Below, one piece after another: positions 49,207 to 51,619 of a DNA stretch of 51,619 nt; positions within the stretch are counted from its first letter, which is position 1, and the number at the start of each line of letters is the position of its first letter. The translations under genes were made by a program, and so were the position numbers. The DNA comes from Kofleriaceae bacterium (GTDB lineage Bacteria; Myxococcota_A; Polyangia; Haliangiales; Haliangiaceae): positions 1-51,619 of the forward strand of contig JBKJLC010000249.1 of the NCBI GenBank assembly GCA_046597055.1, read 5' to 3'. The notes below the pieces were generated by a model. The model had not been told where the DNA came from. It was given only the letters and a program-made list of their open reading frames with translations, and searched no databases.

Positions 49207-49788
49207 ATGGCCCCCAAGCTCACTCCCTATCAGGTCCTGATCCGCGACCTGCCGGCCACGTGCCGCGTCGCGATCAGTCCGGAGTTTGTCAGCGAGGCGG
49301 TCAAGGGCATGCCGCTGCGCGAGGCGCTGGAGAGCGAGCAGGCGTTCGCGGCCGACGGCGGCGTCGCCGAGCTCGAGCTGACCGAAGACGGCACCAGCGT
49401 CCTGGCCCAGGGCAGCGTCACCGGCCAGGTCACCGTCGCCTGTAGCCGATGCGTCGGCCCCGCGGTGCTCCCGCTCGACGAGCGCGTCTTTGTCACGTTC
49501 GTCCTCGAGAAGGACATGCCGGTCAGCACCGGCGCCGAGGATGAGGACGGGGTCGAGCTCGGCACCGGAGAGCTCGACGTGTTCCCGTACGACGGCGACA
49601 CCATCGACCTCGAGTCGCTCATCCGCGAGCAGTTCGTGCTCGCCGTCCCGTACGCGCCGCTGTGCCGCGAGGACTGCGCCGGGCTGTGTCCTCAGTGCGG
49701 CGCCGACCGCAACGTCGCGCCGTGCGACTGCGAGAAGCCCATCGATCCCCGCTTCGGACCGCTCGCCGGCCTGAAGCTCCCCACGTGA
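49207..49788 (+). CDS. yceD: YceD/DUF177 ribosome biogenesis protein
   Basis: CSRC, LCREDCAGLCPQCG, IDPRF; directly upstream of rpmF. Confidence 0.92.
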   Translation: MAPKLTPYQVLIRDLPATCRVAISPEFVSEAVKGMPLREALESEQAFAADGGVAELELTEDGTSVLAQGSVTGQVTVACSRCVGPAVLPLDERVFVTFVLEKDMPVSTGAEDEDGVELGTGELDVFPYDGDTIDLESLIREQFVLAVPYAPLCREDCAGLCPQCGADRNVAPCDCEKPIDPRFGPLAGLKLPT

Positions 49789-49843
49789 TGTTCCCGTCCC
49801 TGTCCCTGCTCGAGTAGACCCGAGAGAGTTAGAAGAGGAAGCC

Positions 49844-50050
49844 ATGGCACTTCAGAAGCGTCGTCGCGGCCCGGCCCGCACCGGTCATCAGCGTTCCGCC
49901 TGGATGCGGCGCTCGGGGGAGAACCGCCCCATGGTCCAGCCGTGCACCAACTGCGAGGCGCCCCGGATCCCGCATCGCGTGTGTCTCGCGTGCGGCTTCT
50001 ACGACGGCAAGGCCGTGCTCAAGGGCACGGCGACCGAAGCCGGCGAGTAG
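49844..50050 (+). CDS. rpmF: 50S ribosomal protein L32 (zinc-binding form)
   Basis: CTNC...PHRVCLACGFYDG; synteny yceD-rpmF-plsX. Confidence 0.93.
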   Translation: MALQKRRRGPARTGHQRSAWMRRSGENRPMVQPCTNCEAPRIPHRVCLACGFYDGKAVLKGTATEAGE

Positions 50051-50151
50051 CCATCGCTCCTGCCCCGACGCCATGATGGCGCCGGGTTCCCCGCGATCAT
50101 AAGGTCGGCCGAATTCTGGTTCGGCGTGACCTGGCGCGGTATTGATCGCGC

Positions 50152-51207
50152 GTGTCGATCGTCGCCGTCGATGCGATGGGCGGTGACGCCGCGCCGCACC
50201 CCGAGGTTGCGGGCGCGGTCGCGGCCGTGCGCGAAGCCGCGCTCGAGGTCGTCCTGGTCGGCGACCGCGCGCGGCTCGAGGCCGAGCTCGGGCGGGTCGG
50301 CGCGCGCGGCGAGCGTGGCGTCACCATCGAGCACGCCACCGAGGTCGTCACGATGGACGACCACCCCGGCCACGTGTTCCGCCAGAAGCGCGGCAGCTCG
50401 CTCCGGGTCGCGACCGAGCTGGTGAAGTCGGGGCGCGCGGCGTCGCTGGTCTCGGCCGGCAACTCGGGCGCGGTGCTCGCCCACGCGCTGTTCGTGCTGG
50501 GGCGCCTGCCCGGCGTCGAGCGGCCGGCGATCGCGACCGCGTTCCCGACCCCGCACGGGCCGTTCACGATCTGCGACGTGGGCGGCAACGTCGACGTCAA
50601 GCCGTCGATGCTCGCGCAGTTCGCGGTCCTGGGCGCCGCGTACGATCGCGTCATCCACGCGCGGCCGCGGCCCCGGGTCGGGATCCTGTCCAACGGCTCC
50701 GAGCCGGGCAAGGGCACCGAGCTCACCCGCGCCGCGTGCGAGCTGCTGCGGGCGGCGGCCGCGCGCCCCGGCGCCGGCTTCGAGCTGATCGGCTACGTCG
50801 AGGGCTCCGGGCTCTGGCACGGGGCGGTCGACGTGGTCGCGACCGACGGGTTCACCGGCAACGTGGTGCTCAAGGTCTGCGAGGGGATCGCCGGCGCGAT
50901 CTTCGGCCTGGTCGCGCAGCGGCTGGGCGCGACGCCGCGGGCGCGGGTCGGCGGCGCGTTGGTGGCGCCGGCGCTCGACTCGCTGAAGAAGCAGATCGAC
51001 TTTGCCGAGACCGGCGGCGCGCTGCTCGCCGGCGTCGCCGGTGTGGTCGTGCTCGCCCACGGTCGCAGCGACGTCACCGCGATCAAGAATGCGATCAAGC
51101 TGGCGGATCGGTTCGCGCGGGCCGACCTGCCGGCCCGGCTGGGCGAGGCGATCGCGAGCCATGAGGGCGCCGCGGTCAGCGCGGCGTTGTCGTCTCCGTC
51201 GTCGTAG
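50152..51207 (+). CDS. plsX: Phosphate acyltransferase
   Basis: AVDAMGGD, VSAGNSGA, GVERPAI, DGFTGNVVLK, HGRS. Confidence 0.96.
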   Translation: MSIVAVDAMGGDAAPHPEVAGAVAAVREAALEVVLVGDRARLEAELGRVGARGERGVTIEHATEVVTMDDHPGHVFRQKRGSSLRVATELVKSGRAASLVSAGNSGAVLAHALFVLGRLPGVERPAIATAFPTPHGPFTICDVGGNVDVKPSMLAQFAVLGAAYDRVIHARPRPRVGILSNGSEPGKGTELTRAACELLRAAAARPGAGFELIGYVEGSGLWHGAVDVVATDGFTGNVVLKVCEGIAGAIFGLVAQRLGATPRARVGGALVAPALDSLKKQIDFAETGGALLAGVAGVVVLAHGRSDVTAIKNAIKLADRFARADLPARLGEAIASHEGAAVSAALSSPSS

Positions 51208-51386
51208 GGGACGACCGGGCGAGCGCCGAGGCCGCGGTAGGGGCGAGCGCGCGGTCGAAGGACGCGCTTCGTTTCGTTGGGGGGCGCCGGGCGGCCTGGA
51301 GAGGCCGTTGACCCGGACCCTTGAGACCGCGGCCCTGCTGCGGCGCCACGTCGAGCGCCCTGCCTTCATGCGGGGGTGGAATCGCC

Positions 51387-51460
51387 GGGCCGGGAGCGGG
51401 AGCGGGGGCGGCGGGAGCGGGAGAAGGAGAAGGAACCCCAGCCCGCCCTCCCCCTCCCCC
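51387..51460 (+). repeat. G-rich (GGGAGC)n tract followed by C-rich tract
   Basis: Six runs of three or more G at 51387-51421; C-rich block 51436-51460. Confidence 0.6.
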
Positions 51461-51469
51461 GTCGCAGCC

Positions 51470-51619
51470 ATGCAGCGCGGACGCGGCGGGCGAACCCGCG
51501 CCCGGACCACCTCGGGGAGCGCGGTCACCGACGCGGTAGCCAGCGCGACCGACGACGGTGGTGAAGAGTCCGAGAACAAGTTCGTGGCGCGCGATGTGAG
51601 CAGACAGCTCATCCGCCAG
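51470..51619 (+). CDS. Partial CDS, possibly four-helix-bundle (23S rRNA IVP-like) protein
   Basis: Open to window edge, ending ...NKFVARDVSRQLIRQ, resembling the family N-terminal motif; only about 15 informative residues. Confidence 0.35.
   Translation, partial: MQRGRGGRTRARTTSGSAVTDAVASATDDGGEESENKFVARDVSRQLIRQ

Noticed and set aside
51470..51619. Diversity-generating retroelement (Avd-like four-helix bundle)
   Set aside because: No reverse transcriptase or TR/VR repeat pair in the window

Overview
Very GC-rich chromosomal window, most consistent with Myxococcota (MYXO-CTERM tail, Myxococcales-type sigma-70/Ser-Thr kinase pair, many lipoproteins). Right end (39-51.6 kb) is housekeeping: tRNA-Thr(CGT), thiSGE, Crp/Fnr regulator, alr-mlaEFD, GH1, yceD-rpmF-plsX. 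Left and middle are accessory: TerC/TerB/metallothionein-like genes, glgP, NUDIX, flippase, pseudo-receiver/HATPase/GAF protein, two large Ser/Thr kinases, GH18, SWIM-SNF2 helicase, and several decayed fragments (PhyH, msrB, PcfJ-like, IS3 end) towards the tRNA 3' end. The strongest unannotated signals are: (1) four sigma54 -24/-12 elements each exactly 12 nt before a start codon with no Shine-Dalgarno; (2) about ten genes with a -10 hexamer 5-7 nt before the start, so leaderless expression looks pervasive; (3) a tRNA-Thr with A54:U58 instead of T54:A58; (4) an MlaD with a beta-barrel-like C-terminus. No CRISPR array, intact integrase/transposase or recognisable defence operon was seen. All family calls come from motif recognition by eye, not from database searches.
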